DNA of 32,000 nucleotides from Candidatus Saccharimonadota bacterium (GTDB lineage Bacteria > Patescibacteriota > Gracilibacteria > Absconditabacterales > Absconditicoccaceae), in assembly GCA_965231145.1 (NCBI GenBank), contig OZ246420.1, forward strand, positions 1,020,001-1,052,000, read 5' to 3'. Each line of letters opens with the position of its first letter. The stretch's first letter is position 1. The translations under genes and the position numbers were made by a program. Shown piece by piece: positions 17,762 to 32,000 of this stretch. Below the pieces are notes generated by a model that worked only from the letters and a program-made list of their open reading frames with translations, was not told the DNA's origin and made no database searches.

Positions 17762-18936
17762 TTAGTAATTAGTTTTTATATTAAACGTAGTTTGTAGATT
17801 GTAGAAAATCTTATCAAATACTTTGGTATCCATCTTTGTATATCGCGCTGGCGCGTAGAGATGGGTTGTGATAAACAGCTTTATGTAGGGATTTATCTGC
17901 ATATCGGTTTCTCCCCACGCATAAAGAGGATCTCTTGATGGATAAATCTGCATGTTCCGCTCACCTACTGTGATGTCACTACCGAAAAGATTTACCCAAC
18001 CGTCTTCTGCATCAAGGGGCAAACTATATCAACTATAGACTGCCTGATTTACTCCGCTACCATGACAAATAAATCACTTCGCGTAGTCGCACGCCCATGT
18101 ATCTGTTTGTCCATCATACATGTATTGATTTTCCGGATCTGATGCGTCAAAAGTATGTTTTGTCCCAGCATCAAATCATCTGAGCTGGAGCATCTGTATG
18201 ACATATAAGTTCTCATAAGGTGAATAGACGAGGTCGCCATTTATGTCATTTTGTTCAATAAGCTTTCTTCTCAAAAGCAGTCTAGACTTTTTATCTTTTG
18301 AAATAAGATAGAGTTCAGGAATATTTTCGTTGTCAGCAATAGCAATCGGTCCAATACCAAGATCTGTATCATCATCATCACCAATCGGAGAAGGAGATGC
18401 ATCGGCATTGTCTTTTACATCCAGAAACTGCTGCCTATATTCTCCAAACGCCTGCGGTTCTCCTGTAACGACACATCATGCTCCGGTCAACACATCAACA
18501 TTTTGTGTCACATATGAAAGCACACTATCATCAAGATAGTTTACCGTACTAGAACAGCGATAAAGAATATGCCAGTTAGGATCCACAAGAGCAGATCACC
18601 ATGTACTCATCGCGGACAAAGGAGCTTTGTTTCCATAACCTGCGTCTGTAGTACAATATCCTGTCATACCAACATCCCACCCACTCATAAGTCCGACACT
18701 CGTACATCCATACATTCTTCTATTGAAGTACTGTTCATAGTCTATGGTGTAGTCTTTGAGAATGATATTTAACTTTTCCAGTATCGTGTAGGTCGTTGTC
18801 ATGAGATGATTTCTTGCATCAAATTCTCTTTTGACATTGAGCATCCTGGTATAGATAGTCATGATAGCGCCAAAAATTATTCAGAAAATCATAAGTGCAA
18901 GCACCATCTCAACTATCGTAAATGACTTTTTTTGCA
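17762..18936 (-). CDS. Large type IV pilin-like protein; prepilin leader separated from the body by an apparent frameshift
   Basis: The ATG at 18936 opens MQKKSFTIVEMVLHL(G)FSE then TAA, a class III leader motif (KK-S/FTIVEM). The frame displaced by -1/+2 continues ..ALMIF(G)IIFGAIMTIYTRML... for about 375 codons to TAA at 17762. That frame was checked codon by codon with six TGA read through. The first in-frame ATG of the body is at 18892. Confidence 0.6.
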
Positions 18937-19054
18937 TAGAAAAACAGCTAAGAACAAATGTCTACTATATGGCTGATTAGCGGGTTAATTGCAAGTTGAT
19001 TTTACGCACAGGACAGATATAAGTAAGAAAATATTTACTCCGTTAATAAAAAAA

Positions 19055-19663
19055 ATGACCCTTATACCTACCGTAATAGACAAAACTCCACAGGGAGAAA
19101 GAGCTTATGATATATACTCTCGTCTTTTAGAAGACAGAATTATTTTTGTTGGTGAGGCTATCAGCGATGGCCTTTCAAATACTGTTATCGCACAACTTCT
19201 CTATCTTGAAAAGAAAGATCCGGACAAGGATATCATCATGTATATCAACTCTCCTGGAGGAAGCATCAGCGCTGGCATGGCTATCTATGATACTATGCAG
19301 TTCGTAAGCTGTGATATTCAGACTATTTGTATCGGCATGGCTGCAAGTATGGGAAGTATCCTGCTTATGGCTGGAACAAAAGGGAAAAGATTCGCTTTAC
19401 CAAACAGCGAAGTGCTTATTCATCAGCCACTTATCCAGTGAGGAATAGGAGGTCAAGCAACGGAAATAGAAATATTTGCGAAGCAAATGCTAAAGACGAA
19501 AGATAAAATGAATGGTGTAATCGTGAAACATACAGGTCAGCCTCTCGAAAGAGTCATCAAAGATACAGATAGAGATTACCGAATGGATGCGCAGGAATCT
19601 CTCACCTATGGTATCGTCGACAAAATTATTACAGAGAGAAATAACGCGAAGAAAAGTAAATAA
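19055..19663 (+). CDS. clpP: ATP-dependent Clp protease proteolytic subunit
   Basis: [33 protein letters not shown]...[21 protein letters not shown]...[11 protein letters not shown]...VLIHQPLIQ(G)[11 protein letters not shown]... carries the catalytic Ser (GMAASMG) and His (IHQP). One TGA lies in the Gly-rich loop after the conserved HQP. Confidence 0.92.
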
Positions 19664-19832
19664 TAACTATCCGCTTACTACAGACATAATACCCACGATA
19701 CTCAGTACAAAAAGCGATCCATAGATCATAAATGCTGCTCTCATGTGATGACAATAGAATATAAATCTTCTTAATATTATAGATATAAAATATATATTGT
19801 CAATTTTCGTTCTACTTTTTCTCACGAATTAT

Positions 19833-19858
19833 AAAAACCCACCGTTTGGTGGGTTTTT
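19833..19858. terminator. Bidirectional rho-independent terminator
   Basis: aaaaacccacc-gttt-ggtgggttttt is a perfect stem flanked by an A-run and a T-run. It lies between convergent clpP and the 19940..20425 gene. Confidence 0.75.
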
Positions 19859-19939
19859 GTTATATCAAATATATGTGAATGATGTATTGAAATGGATGTA
19901 AAATATTACGTCGCTACAAACAAAACGACGTGAATTACA

Positions 19940-20425
19940 TTAGTCTGTAGCCTCTTCTTTGCTTTTCTTTACGAGCATTGGATAATGAATTAAGAACAGT
20001 ATCAATGCGAGCGTCCCCCACGTAATACCTCCTATCACTGTTTGCTTTGTATCATAACTTCTTTGTGCAAGAAGGTTCGCTGTTGTCTTTTCTTCACATG
20101 CTGTGATCTCCTCTGCGGTTGGCGCTACGGGAGTTTCATCTGCCTTCGCTACAGCAGAATACTGAGGCTGTTTGCATTGATCAAGTGAGTACATTCTTCC
20201 CTGCCCTGCCATATACTCTTCATTTGAGATAAGCGCAGACTGGATACCATTATACAAAGCGACACCGTATCCTACTGCAAGCCCAATCACTCCAACGAGT
20301 GAAACCATAGTAAGGTAGAACTTCAGAAGCGAGAATCTATTTTTCATGGCGAGTACAATAAGAAATATAAAAACGATACCTAATAGTAATACTAACATGG
20401 GAATAATTGGTGAACTATCAAACAT
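19940..20425 (-). CDS. Hypothetical membrane protein (161 aa, three hydrophobic spans)
   Basis: Internal start of track ORF 19940..20512: MFDSSPIIPMLVLLLGIVFIFLIVLAMKN...VGVIGLAVGYGVALY...GGITWGTLALILFLIHY. No family recognised. Confidence 0.45.
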   Translation of the reverse strand: MFDSSPIIPMLVLLLGIVFIFLIVLAMKNRFSLLKFYLTMVSLVGVIGLAVGYGVALYNGIQSALISNEEYMAGQGRMYSLDQCKQPQYSAVAKADETPVAPTAEEITACEEKTTANLLAQRSYDTKQTVIGGITWGTLALILFLIHYPMLVKKSKEEATD

Positions 20426-20528
20426 GATTACATAGTAGTTATTAAAACAAGATCTACAAGGCGATATTAAATGGCAAATGTTGCATGAAAAATACAATAC
20501 TGCATTTAACATTTCACATTACTATTAT

Positions 20529-21029
20529 TTAGTCAAATAATCCACGAATTATTTCTTCCACATGCTTCTCCCTGACCGGCATATGGACAATGGGCTGCTT
20601 TGCAGCCGCGCTGCGCGCGAGTTTATCAACTTTATTATTTATTTCATTGTTTGCGTGACCTTTCACCCACTGCCAGCGGATAGTGAAATGAGGCAGAAGG
20701 ACATGAAGCTGTTGTCGAAGATCTTTGTTTGCAACGGGCTTTTTATTAGCAAGCTTTCGTCATTTATGAATCCATGCTGGCAACCACTCTACTCCTTGCT
20801 GCACATATTTACTATCGAGATAAATAATAATATTGTCTGCCGGAGCATTTTTCTCTTGAAGGTATTTCAGTGCTTCTATGACGGCAAGAAGCTCCATTCT
20901 ATTGTTTGTCGTCATGGGTTCTCCTCCGGAAATAGCTTTCTTCTTGCCCTCTGCTATGATGATCGCTCATCGTCCACCTTGTCATGGATTGCCAAGACTG
21001 CTTCCGTCTGTGTATATTTCTATCTTCAC
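20529..21029 (-). CDS. rnhA: Ribonuclease HI
   Basis: (GTG)KIEIYTDGSSLGNP(G)QGGR(G)AIIIAEG...TTNNRMELLAVIEALKYL...IYLDSKYVQQGVEWLPAWIHK(G)RKLANKKPVANKDL...IRWQWVKGHANNEINNKVDKLA. The catalytic D-E-D-D context is present, and TGA falls at the conserved GNPG.GG.G glycines. The GTG start is inferred. Track ORF 20562..21050(+) is its antisense shadow. Confidence 0.85.
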
Positions 21030-21085
21030 GATTACACTGTTAGCTTGTAAACTATGAACTAATATATACAAAGTATCTTAATAAA

Positions 21086-21164
21086 GCAACTAGCAGTTGG
21101 CATCTAGCATACTACGATCACCTTATTAAGTGCTATCTGCTACCTGCTATAATCTATCTGCTAA
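21086..21164. repeat. Intergenic inverted 7-nt word array (TAGCANN x3 ... CTGCTAN x4)
   Basis: gcaac tagcagt tggcatc tagcata ctacgatcaccttattaa gtgctat ctgctac ctgctat aatctat ctgctaa. The right words are reverse complements of the left words. It sits in the divergent region between rnhA and the PrsW-like gene. Confidence 0.6.
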
Positions 21165-21172
21165 AAGTATGT

Positions 21173-21991
21173 ATGAATTACGTATTAGCTTTCTTAGTAA
21201 ATCTCCTCGCACTCAATGTGCGAATTTGGCTCTTTCAGAGCACTTTTCGTCGAAAACAAAAAAAACGACTGATCGTTCTTCTCGTTATTAGCATGGGTTT
21301 AATAAGTACTGCAGCTATGGTTGCTTATCCTCTTGCGTTGAGACATATAAGTTCCATGACATTTAATGTGCAAACGCTTTCACTACAGGCGATTGTCTTT
21401 CTTATCATATACATTGGAATCATTGGTCTTCTCATCTCGCTCTTTGGAAAAAAGATTTCTCTGCACCAGAAAATACGAGTGCGATCAGTCTCATTTATTG
21501 CACTCGCAATAGGCATTTCATTGTGATATATTACGTTGCCACTATGAATTGTTCTTTATTTCCTCTGTACAGCGGGTGCAGAAGAGTTTCTTAAACTCAG
21601 TGTCGGACAAGGCTTTTTCGCACAGTATCGCATAAGCAAAAAAGATCTTCTGCTCTTCTCACTGCTATCTGCAGTCGGCTTTGCGCTCATAGAAAATATT
21701 ATCTATCTGTTTCAAAATCCAAGCCTTGGATTAACGATCTCCAGAAATTTCACCACAGTGATCATGCATATGATCTTCACCGGCATAATAGCATATATCA
21801 TCATGACCCGCGGTCACAAAAACAGATGACGATACGTCATCGCATTCCTCGTCGGTATGGGTCTTCACCGAGGGTATAATACCTTTGTGAGCTATAACAA
21901 CCCTCTCGTAACTGCTCTTATGGTTATCGTATGATACTTTGTGATTAGTTATTTTCTGTATAAGTCGGATAGACTATATTTGAGAAAGTAG
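21173..21991 (+). CDS. PrsW-family intramembrane protease-like protein (272 aa)
   Basis: Track ORF 21173..21526 extended through four TGA. Multi-span protein carrying AGAEEFLKLS (EExxK), ALIENIIY and TVIMHMIFTGIIAY (HxxxxxG), as in PrsW/CPBP-like proteases. Ends at TAG 21989..21991. Confidence 0.5.
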
Positions 21992-22666
21992 TTATTGGGC
22001 AGATCAATCTGTATATATCTTTTTCGCATCTTCAAAAGACATATTTGAATATGCTTCTACAAACGACCAATCAAAATGTTCATACAACTGAATAATAAAT
22101 CTATTATTTTTCTCGTTGTCATTTTTATCGTGTAATGCCACGTTATAGAGGGCCTCTAGTTTGTGCTTGTCTCTTTGTAAAAATGCTATAGTAGCCTGTA
22201 TATACGCCTCTCAAAGAGTTCTATGCCCTTCGTTATACAAAGATTCTATGTGTTCCAATGCATGAGTGTAATCTCCAGCCATTGCATATAGCTGTCAGAT
22301 ATGCCATCTCAAAAGAGACTTAAAACGAGTAGCTTCTGGAGATTGGGTGAAATCATAATGTTCAAGATAATAGATCATGACCTTCAAGGCGTTGTCTATG
22401 TTCTGAGCATCCTTACCAGCAGACAATACAAATCTTTTGCTACTTTCTGGTTCTGCCTGAATACTCCTCCGTCCCTTTTGAGGATCTTGATCAAAGGTAC
22501 GAGGGTCCAACTGCAGAAATGACTCTAAGTAAGGTTCATCTGTAAGCGCTTCCATCAGCGAATTTGCAATATATTTTTTCTGCATCGACAAATTATTCGC
22601 TTCCTGTTGGGCATTATAAGCGTCGATTATTTCATTTCAACCGCTATCTCAATCTGGTTTATTCAT
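21992..22666 (-). CDS. Hypothetical soluble helical protein (224 aa), TPR-like segments
   Basis: MNKPD(G)DSG(G)NEIIDAYNAQQEANNL... joined to track ORF 22295..22591, then ..WHI(G)QLYAMAGDYTHALEHIESLYNEGHRTL(G)EAYIQATIAFLQRD... to TAA at 21992. Its stop codon directly abuts the convergent PrsW-like stop. Confidence 0.45.
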
Positions 22667-22896
22667 ATATATAGTATAGCGTTCACCATTCCACATGTCA
22701 AAAAAATAATATACAGAAAAAACCTGCCAGTTGATAGCAGGTCTTATCCATTCTATTTCATAGAAATGAACATTCAGCAATAGTATAGCAAAGAGGTAAG
22801 CCAGAATAGGTTTTACGAAGTAGAAATGATTCTACTCGTGGTTGGTTATATATTTTTTCAATATTTATATCAATCTACTACGATTGATTACTCTTG

Positions 22897-24388
<1,492 letters not shown>

Positions 24389-24454
24389 AAATCCTGGCTT
24401 AACCTCTTTGCTATGCTATCAACTGTGAATGTTCATGTGGTAGAACCATATCTA

Positions 24455-24580
24455 CCAAAGGTGGCATCAATCTACTTTCCCAGGACCATTGATCCCAGTA
24501 TCATTGACCACTAGAGGCTTAACTACTGTGTTCGGAATGGGAACAGGTGTTTCCCTCTGATGCATCGATACCACCATTGG
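24455..24580 (-). rRNA. rrf: 5S ribosomal RNA (ends approximate)
   Basis: Reverse complement contains CCCATTCCGAACACAGTAGTTAAGC and GGGAAAGTAG. Terminal helix I pairs ccaatggtgg.atcga with ttgatgccacctttgg. Confidence 0.85.
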
Positions 24581-24631
24581 TAGATAGAGCGTTTCCATCT
24601 CGAGACAAATATATCATATTTTTAAAAGAAC

Positions 24632-27580
<2,949 letters not shown>

Positions 27581-27928
27581 GTCTTTTAAAAATATGATAT
27601 ATCTGTCTGTTAATGGTCCACTTTCTGCTCGAGGCAGTGGTGAAAAAGATATAGAAGTTAGAAGCTATTGCAAGTGATTTTTTGACTTTTTACATACCAC
27701 GTAAACTGAATTGGTAACTAGGCGTTCGCATTCTGACCATACATTTGTCAAAAGAATGTTGATAAAAAGTGCTCAAGAACTGTCTTTTTCGTAGCAAAAT
27801 TTTTCATTTTTCTTTATTACTCATTTCCTTCGTATACTATTCGCAATAAAACCTTGCTTCGCTCCTCTATTTTCGTACAACACATGCATCTCGTCTCATT
27901 ATTTATTATCTTGTATTATGTCAAATAC

Positions 27929-29122
27929 ATGACTTATAAAGCCGCTTTCATTCACGACCGAATATCACACGAGTGATGAGCAGAATCTGTACTGAAGTAT
28001 CTAATCAGAACCACTTATCATGACGAATGAGTCATTTTCACCTATTATAGTAAGCAGACTTGGTGGCGTGTGGATGACAAAGCATATCGCATTGTTACCG
28101 CACTTCCTTACTGGTTAAATAAACGATTTATTATCTGCAATACCAGAAACCTTTTTTTACTCTCTACATTATTTGATTATAGGAATCTTATGTTTCGATT
28201 TCCTCTTCTTACGAAAATGTTGAGACGTAAAATCAATAACTATTCTCCTGATGCAATAATAATTTCTTCTTTTGCAGCAGTAAAAAACGTCATATCTACC
28301 AATAATAATTCTCAATTCTGAATTCTAAATTCTAAATTAAATACCGAGAATTGAAAATTGAAAATTGAAAATAGACCTACGGTGAGTCTATACCTCCATA
28401 GCCCTATGCAATACATATGGGAGAACTATGAAGAGAATATTGCAAAGCTTCGTTTTCCTATTAAACAACTCTATCAACTTGCGACACTCTATCTTCGTCC
28501 ATGGGATAAAAAGAAAAGGTATTATGATACGGTTTGTTTTAATAGTGAGTACACACAATCATTGGCGCATAAACTCTATAAGATGGAAGGAGAAGTAAAA
28601 TACCCTCCTATCAATTCAGAATTCAGAACTCAAAATCCAAAATTATTATGAGATGTGAGTTATGAGATATGAGTTTACTATGTATTTATGTGAAGAATAG
28701 TTCGTTATGTGAGAGAGATAGATACAATTATTCATTTGTTTAATACCCTACAACTACCACTCATTATGGCAGGCGACGGACCCGACATGGCATATGCACA
28801 AAGCATAGCGTGACCGACCATCATCTTTACTGGTTATATAGATAGTGTAGAAGAAAAGAAAAAACTACTACAACAATCACGCTGATACATCAACCTTGCG
28901 AAGGAATCGTTTGGTATAGGAACAGCAGAGGCACTCTGCTCCGGTGTGCCGGTATTTGGATATAATGCATGAGCAACCTCCTATCTTGTGGATGAAAGCA
29001 ATGGCGTTCTCGTGGATAAAAAAGATGAAAAGAATTTGATACAGTGATTTTCGGAATTTAGTAGCAAGACTTTTGATAGAAGAAAAATCGCAGAAGATGC
29101 GCAGAAAAAGTTTTTTACGTAA
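27929..29122 (+). CDS. Family 4 (GT-B) glycosyltransferase, 397 aa
   Basis: MTYKAAFIHDRISHE(G)(G)AESVLKYL... has two consecutive TGA in the conserved GGAE motif (27974..27979). Further motifs are ...DAIIISSFAAVKNV...LYLHSPMQYIWE...YPPI...YYVFM(G)RIVRYVREID...LIMAGDGPD...FTGYI...ESFGIGTAEALCSGVPVFGYNA(G)A...GVLV. Twelve TGA are read through. It contains two in-frame 7-nt word arrays. Confidence 0.75.
28307..28374. repeat. Intragenic 7-nt word array pair inside the GT4 gene
   Basis: aattctc aattctg aattcta aattcta aatt aaataccgag aattgaa aattgaa aattgaa aatag. It is in frame and encodes NNSQF(G)ILNSKLNTEN(G)KLKIEN, between the ISSFAAVKNV and LYLHSPMQYIW motifs. Confidence 0.65.
28615..28676. 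repeat. Second intragenic 7-nt word array pair inside the GT4 gene
   Basis: ttcagaa ttcagaa ctcaaaa tccaaaa tt attatt atgagat gtgagtt atgagat atgagtt. It is in frame and encodes SEFRTQNPKLL(G)DVSYEI(G)VY. Confidence 0.6.
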
Positions 29123-29193
29123 CCCTTTCGACAAACATTTGCATTGAGAGGTGGATGTGGCTATATAGTAAGTATTATCTCTTTTTGTATGAC

Positions 29194-29673
29194 ATGAAAA
29201 AAATCATCCTTTCCCTTTTTGTTCTTTCTGCCTTCTGCTCGCTCATGATGACGCGAGTAAGCGCAGGAACGACTACAAGCAATAGTCGATGAGACAAATG
29301 AAGCTCACCGATAGAAATTCTTGACCGCGTTGCGGAAGAGTCGAACAAAGAGTATAATGTACAGGATACAAGCCTGGATGGAGTAAGCGCCGATGACGGC
29401 GAGTATTCCTCTGAGTATAAAATCGCTAACACGCTTGATAGCATAAGACAGAATATCGCACCATATCTCCAATGGATGTTTTATATCTGACTATGAGCAG
29501 CAACATTGCTTATCGTCTACAATGGTTTTCTGCTTGTTACCGGTGCTGTGAGTGGAGAAGATTTCAAGAAAGTACAGTGAAGGATAAAAAATATCGCTAT
29601 TGGCATCCTGATCATGACATGATTTGCTATGATAGTCAGACTATTCCTCGCGATCATCGCTTCTATCGTTTAA
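29194..29673 (+). CDS. Secreted two-TM helical-hairpin protein, VirB2/TrbC-like (T4SS-pilin-like), 159 aa
   Basis: Not in the ORF track because six TGA split it. It was rebuilt codon by codon: MKKIILSLFVLSAFCSLMMTRVSAGTTTSNSR(G)DK(G)SS...APYLQWMFYI(G)L(G)AATLLIVYNGFLLVTGAVSGEDFKKVQ(G)RIKNIAIGILIMT(G)FAMIVRLFLAIIASIV then TAA. It has a signal peptide followed by a TM-loop-TM hairpin. Confidence 0.5.
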
Positions 29674-29713
29674 ACATTATGTGTTATTTATTGATTTACG
29701 CTTCTTGAAATAG

Positions 29714-30622
29714 ATGGTCAAAAAGATTCTCCTTGGATTAGTATTGTTGTGAATCATGAGTTTTGAAGTTTCGATGACCTTTGCCGCCCCATCATTTAAC
29801 CAGGATATTGCTAATCCTCTTACACTTGGGATTGTGGCTAATGAAAATATGATATCGCCCATGACTCTTGGGATAAATCCCAACATGCCACTAAGATGGA
29901 ATATCTACAATCTCTTCTCTCCTTCCAATGACAACGCAATCCTCTGGCGCATGCTGAGGACTGTTATGGTTGGCGTTCTCATCCTGTATCTTGCCTGGAC
30001 AGGCATAGAGATGATGCAAAAAGCCTGAGACGAAAAAGGTCTCGCAAAGGCAAGAAAAAGTTTTCTGTACATCCTCTTTGGATGTTTTCTTGTCTGGGGA
30101 GTTACGTGGATTCTTGGAACAGCATTACAAATCGATACCGTTCAATGATCGCAGTGACTACTCAACAATCTGCAAAACAATGCACTGTTTCAGATATTAG
30201 CCTTCCTGAAGGGTCTCGCATTCTTCTATGCAATCATCATGTTCATCTACTATGGCTTCCAATTTATGAGGGCACTCGAAGAAGAATCAAAGATCAAAGC
30301 AGCAAGAACGGGTATCGTCAATGTGATCGTTGCTCTTATCCTCATCAAGATCATCGACTTCATCTACTATCTCGCACAGCAACAAAACTTCGCTTCTCAG
30401 TTCCAAAACTTCCTCATCAACGCAGCAAGAATATCGGCGTATGTACTTGGATCTATCATGGTCATCATGCTGATCCGAGGGGGTGTCAAATATCTTACAG
30501 CACAAGGAGATGAGGCAAAAGTGAAAGACGCACAGAAAATCATTACCACGAGTTTCTTTGTTATCCTTATTATCTTCTTATTCCTCCTTATAGCATATCA
30601 AATTATTGCAGAATTTACCTAA
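29714..30622 (+). CDS. Membrane protein with three tandem VirB2/TrbC-like helical-hairpin modules, 302 aa
   Basis: MVKKILLGLVLL(G)IMSF... joins track ORFs 29756 and 30239 in frame through four TGA. The three modules are TVMVGVLILYLAWTGIEMMQKA(G)DEKGLAKARKSFLYILFGCFLVWGV; AFFYAIIMFIYYGFQFMRALEEESKIKAARTGIVNVIVALILIKII; and AYVLGSIMVIMLIRGGVKYLTAQGDEAKVKDAQKIITTSFFVILIIFLFLL. Confidence 0.5.
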
Positions 30623-30626
30623 TTAG

Positions 30627-30675
30627 CTAAAACCTTAAAACTAAAGACTGCTCTCAGTTTTGAGATTTAAGTTTT
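30627..30675. repeat. Family B palindromic repeat, copy 3
   Basis: ctaaaaccttaaaactaaagactgctctcagttttgagatttaagtttt. Shares ctaaaa.cttaaaac and gatttaagttt with copies 1 and 2. Lies between the pilin-module gene and murF. Confidence 0.7.
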
Positions 30676-30708
30676 ACCCTATCTGTATTTAATAGCTCGA
30701 ATTTCTCG

Positions 30709-32000
30709 ATGAAAGATAAAATACTGAAATTATTCTATAAGCTACTGTGAGCGCTTGCTCGCCGTTATGTGAAAAAACGAAAACCTATCATCATCGGGAT
30801 TAATGGAAGCGTAGGAAAAACGTCATGCAGGATGATCATCTCCGATATCTTGAAGAAATATGCACCAGACGATGTGATCTACACTTCTCCGAAAAATTTC
30901 AATGGAGAACTATGAATGTCTCTTGCTATATTTAAAATTGAACACCGAGGCGCAAGTATAGGAGCTATGATTTCGGTTCTTTGTAAAACTATATGACTTG
31001 TTTATCTTTCATCTCGCAAGCCATATGACGTCACCATACTTGAATACGGTATAGACACCCCTGGTGAAATGTCCTTTCTAGTTTCTATCGTCAAACCACA
31101 CATCAGCGTTCTGACAAAAATAGACGCAGTACATTCTTTGCAATTTGGCGATCCTCAAGCGATCGCCAAAGAAGAAACAAAGTTACAGAAAGCGACACTT
31201 GAGACATGTATCATCAATCACGACGACGTCTATGGACGTCAATTACAATGAAAGACTGATGTCGACCTTCTTCGATATGACACAAACGAAACTGACAATA
31301 CAAACCTTACTATTCGCTATAATAATTACGAATTGGAGATGAACAAAAAGACACTTCAATCAGCATCTCACATGCATGTCGGCAAAAAGTCTCTTCGTGT
31401 CTCGACAAATATACTTGGGAAAAACAATCATGGCTATATTGCAGTGGGATTGGCTATAGCTGACATCGTCTCATATAAACTGCATGGCAAGGAGGCCATT
31501 CCGCAGACAGGAGATCTCTTCCTCGATCTCCATCTACAGTCGTGAAGAATGACAGTCTTTGAAGGGATACACAACAGCATCATCCTCGACAGTTCATATA
31601 ATGCCTCTCCTCTGAGCATGGAAGCGGCGATCAATGACACTTATCGCATCCAGCGTACTACTCTACCTGACTATAAAGTTATCCTCGTACTAGGAGACAT
31701 GCGTGAACTTGGTGAGCGAGAAGAAAAACATCATCGCGAACTTGCCGCATATCTTTCACAGTATGGCGACAGCATATTTCTTCTAGGAGCATCTACAGGA
31801 AAATATACAGTAGATGAACTACGCAAAATCTGACACGACATGAAAAACATTCACCACTTTATGCACTATGACACCCTGGGACAAGCAGTCAAAGATACGA
31901 TTGAAAAGCATCCTGATGATAATTTCCTTCTTCTGTTTAAATGAAGTCAAAATACTATCTTCCTTGAAGAGGCGGTAAAACATGTTCTTAAAAACAAGGA
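30709..32000 (+). CDS. murF: UDP-N-acetylmuramoyl-tripeptide--D-alanyl-D-alanine ligase (3' end beyond the window)
   Basis: Track ORFs at 31069, 31333 and 31549 share a frame with ATG 30709. Motifs are GINGSVGKTS, NFNGEL(G)MSLAI, EYGIDTPGEM, LQS(G)RMTVFEG, DSSYNASPLSMEAAI, GDMRELGE and LFK(G)SQNTIFLEEAV. Seven TGA are read through inside the window. Confidence 0.8.

Noticed and set aside
18049-18240. Track ORF of 63 aa on the reverse strand inside the pilin-like gene
   Set aside because: It is out of frame relative to the roughly 375-codon table 25 reading frame, which I verified codon by codon through this interval.
19667-19744. 25-codon reverse-strand ORF MRAAFMIYGSLFVLSIVGIMSVVSG between clpP and the terminator
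   Set aside because: It is too short to support from sequence alone, and there is no conservation evidence. It could be a small membrane peptide but is left uncalled.
20562-21050. Track ORF of 162 aa on the + strand
   Set aside because: Antisense to rnhA. The reverse strand gives a full RNase HI with catalytic motifs once TGA is read as Gly.
27746-27751. TTGACA hexamer on the reverse strand upstream of the 23S as a candidate rRNA promoter -35 box
   Set aside because: There is no acceptable -10 hexamer at 16-18 nt spacing. Other candidates (TTGCAA ... TATATC) have a 14-nt spacing. No promoter is called without transcript-start data.
28307-28676. Short tandem repeats considered as a possible CRISPR array or minisatellite
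   Set aside because: Repeat units are only 7 nt with no unique spacers, and no cas genes are nearby. The arrays are in frame inside a GT4 gene. They are treated as word arrays instead.
29175-29708. Track ORFs 29175..29444(-) and 29472..29708(+)
   Set aside because: One is antisense and the other off-frame relative to the 159-aa signal-peptide plus two-TM protein, which was rebuilt codon by codon in the third forward frame under table 25.

Overview
AT-rich bacterial chromosome fragment that only reads coherently if TGA encodes glycine (translation table 25, as in Gracilibacteria/Absconditabacteria-type candidate-phyla-radiation lineages). About 100 in-frame TGA codons (hand count) split the standard-code ORF track. 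Many sit at invariant Gly positions of recognisable proteins, and a tRNA with anticodon UCA and glycine identity elements lies at 7289..7362. All CDS below were rebuilt by hand by reading through TGA. Contents in order: (1) a reverse-strand translation cluster, infC-rpmI-rplT, tRNA-Leu, a small basic protein, rplU, infA, rpmJ, rpsM, rpsK, rpsD; (2) six more tRNAs; (3) a membrane fatty-acid desaturase with no TGA codon; (4) a YdjC-like deacetylase; (5) a type IV pilus-like operon of two large unknown bitopic proteins, pilB, pilC and an anchored unknown protein; (6) recX, an RsmB/RsmF-type m5C methyltransferase, a DUF475/TerC-like membrane protein, a large pilin-like gene with a broken prepilin leader, clpP, rnhA and a PrsW-like protease; (7) an rRNA locus in the order 23S-5S-16S; (8) a GT4 glycosyltransferase, two VirB2/TrbC-like helical-hairpin proteins and murF (3' truncated). 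Main points for a second look: the recoding apparatus; the permuted rRNA locus and a 16S 3' tail lacking CCUCC; two dispersed families of palindromic intergenic repeats plus related arrays of tandem 7-8 nt words, some in frame inside genes; the unknown pilus-operon proteins; and the desaturase as a possible transfer. No CRISPR array, transposase or integrase was seen. All coordinates were derived by hand; rRNA and repeat ends are approximate.
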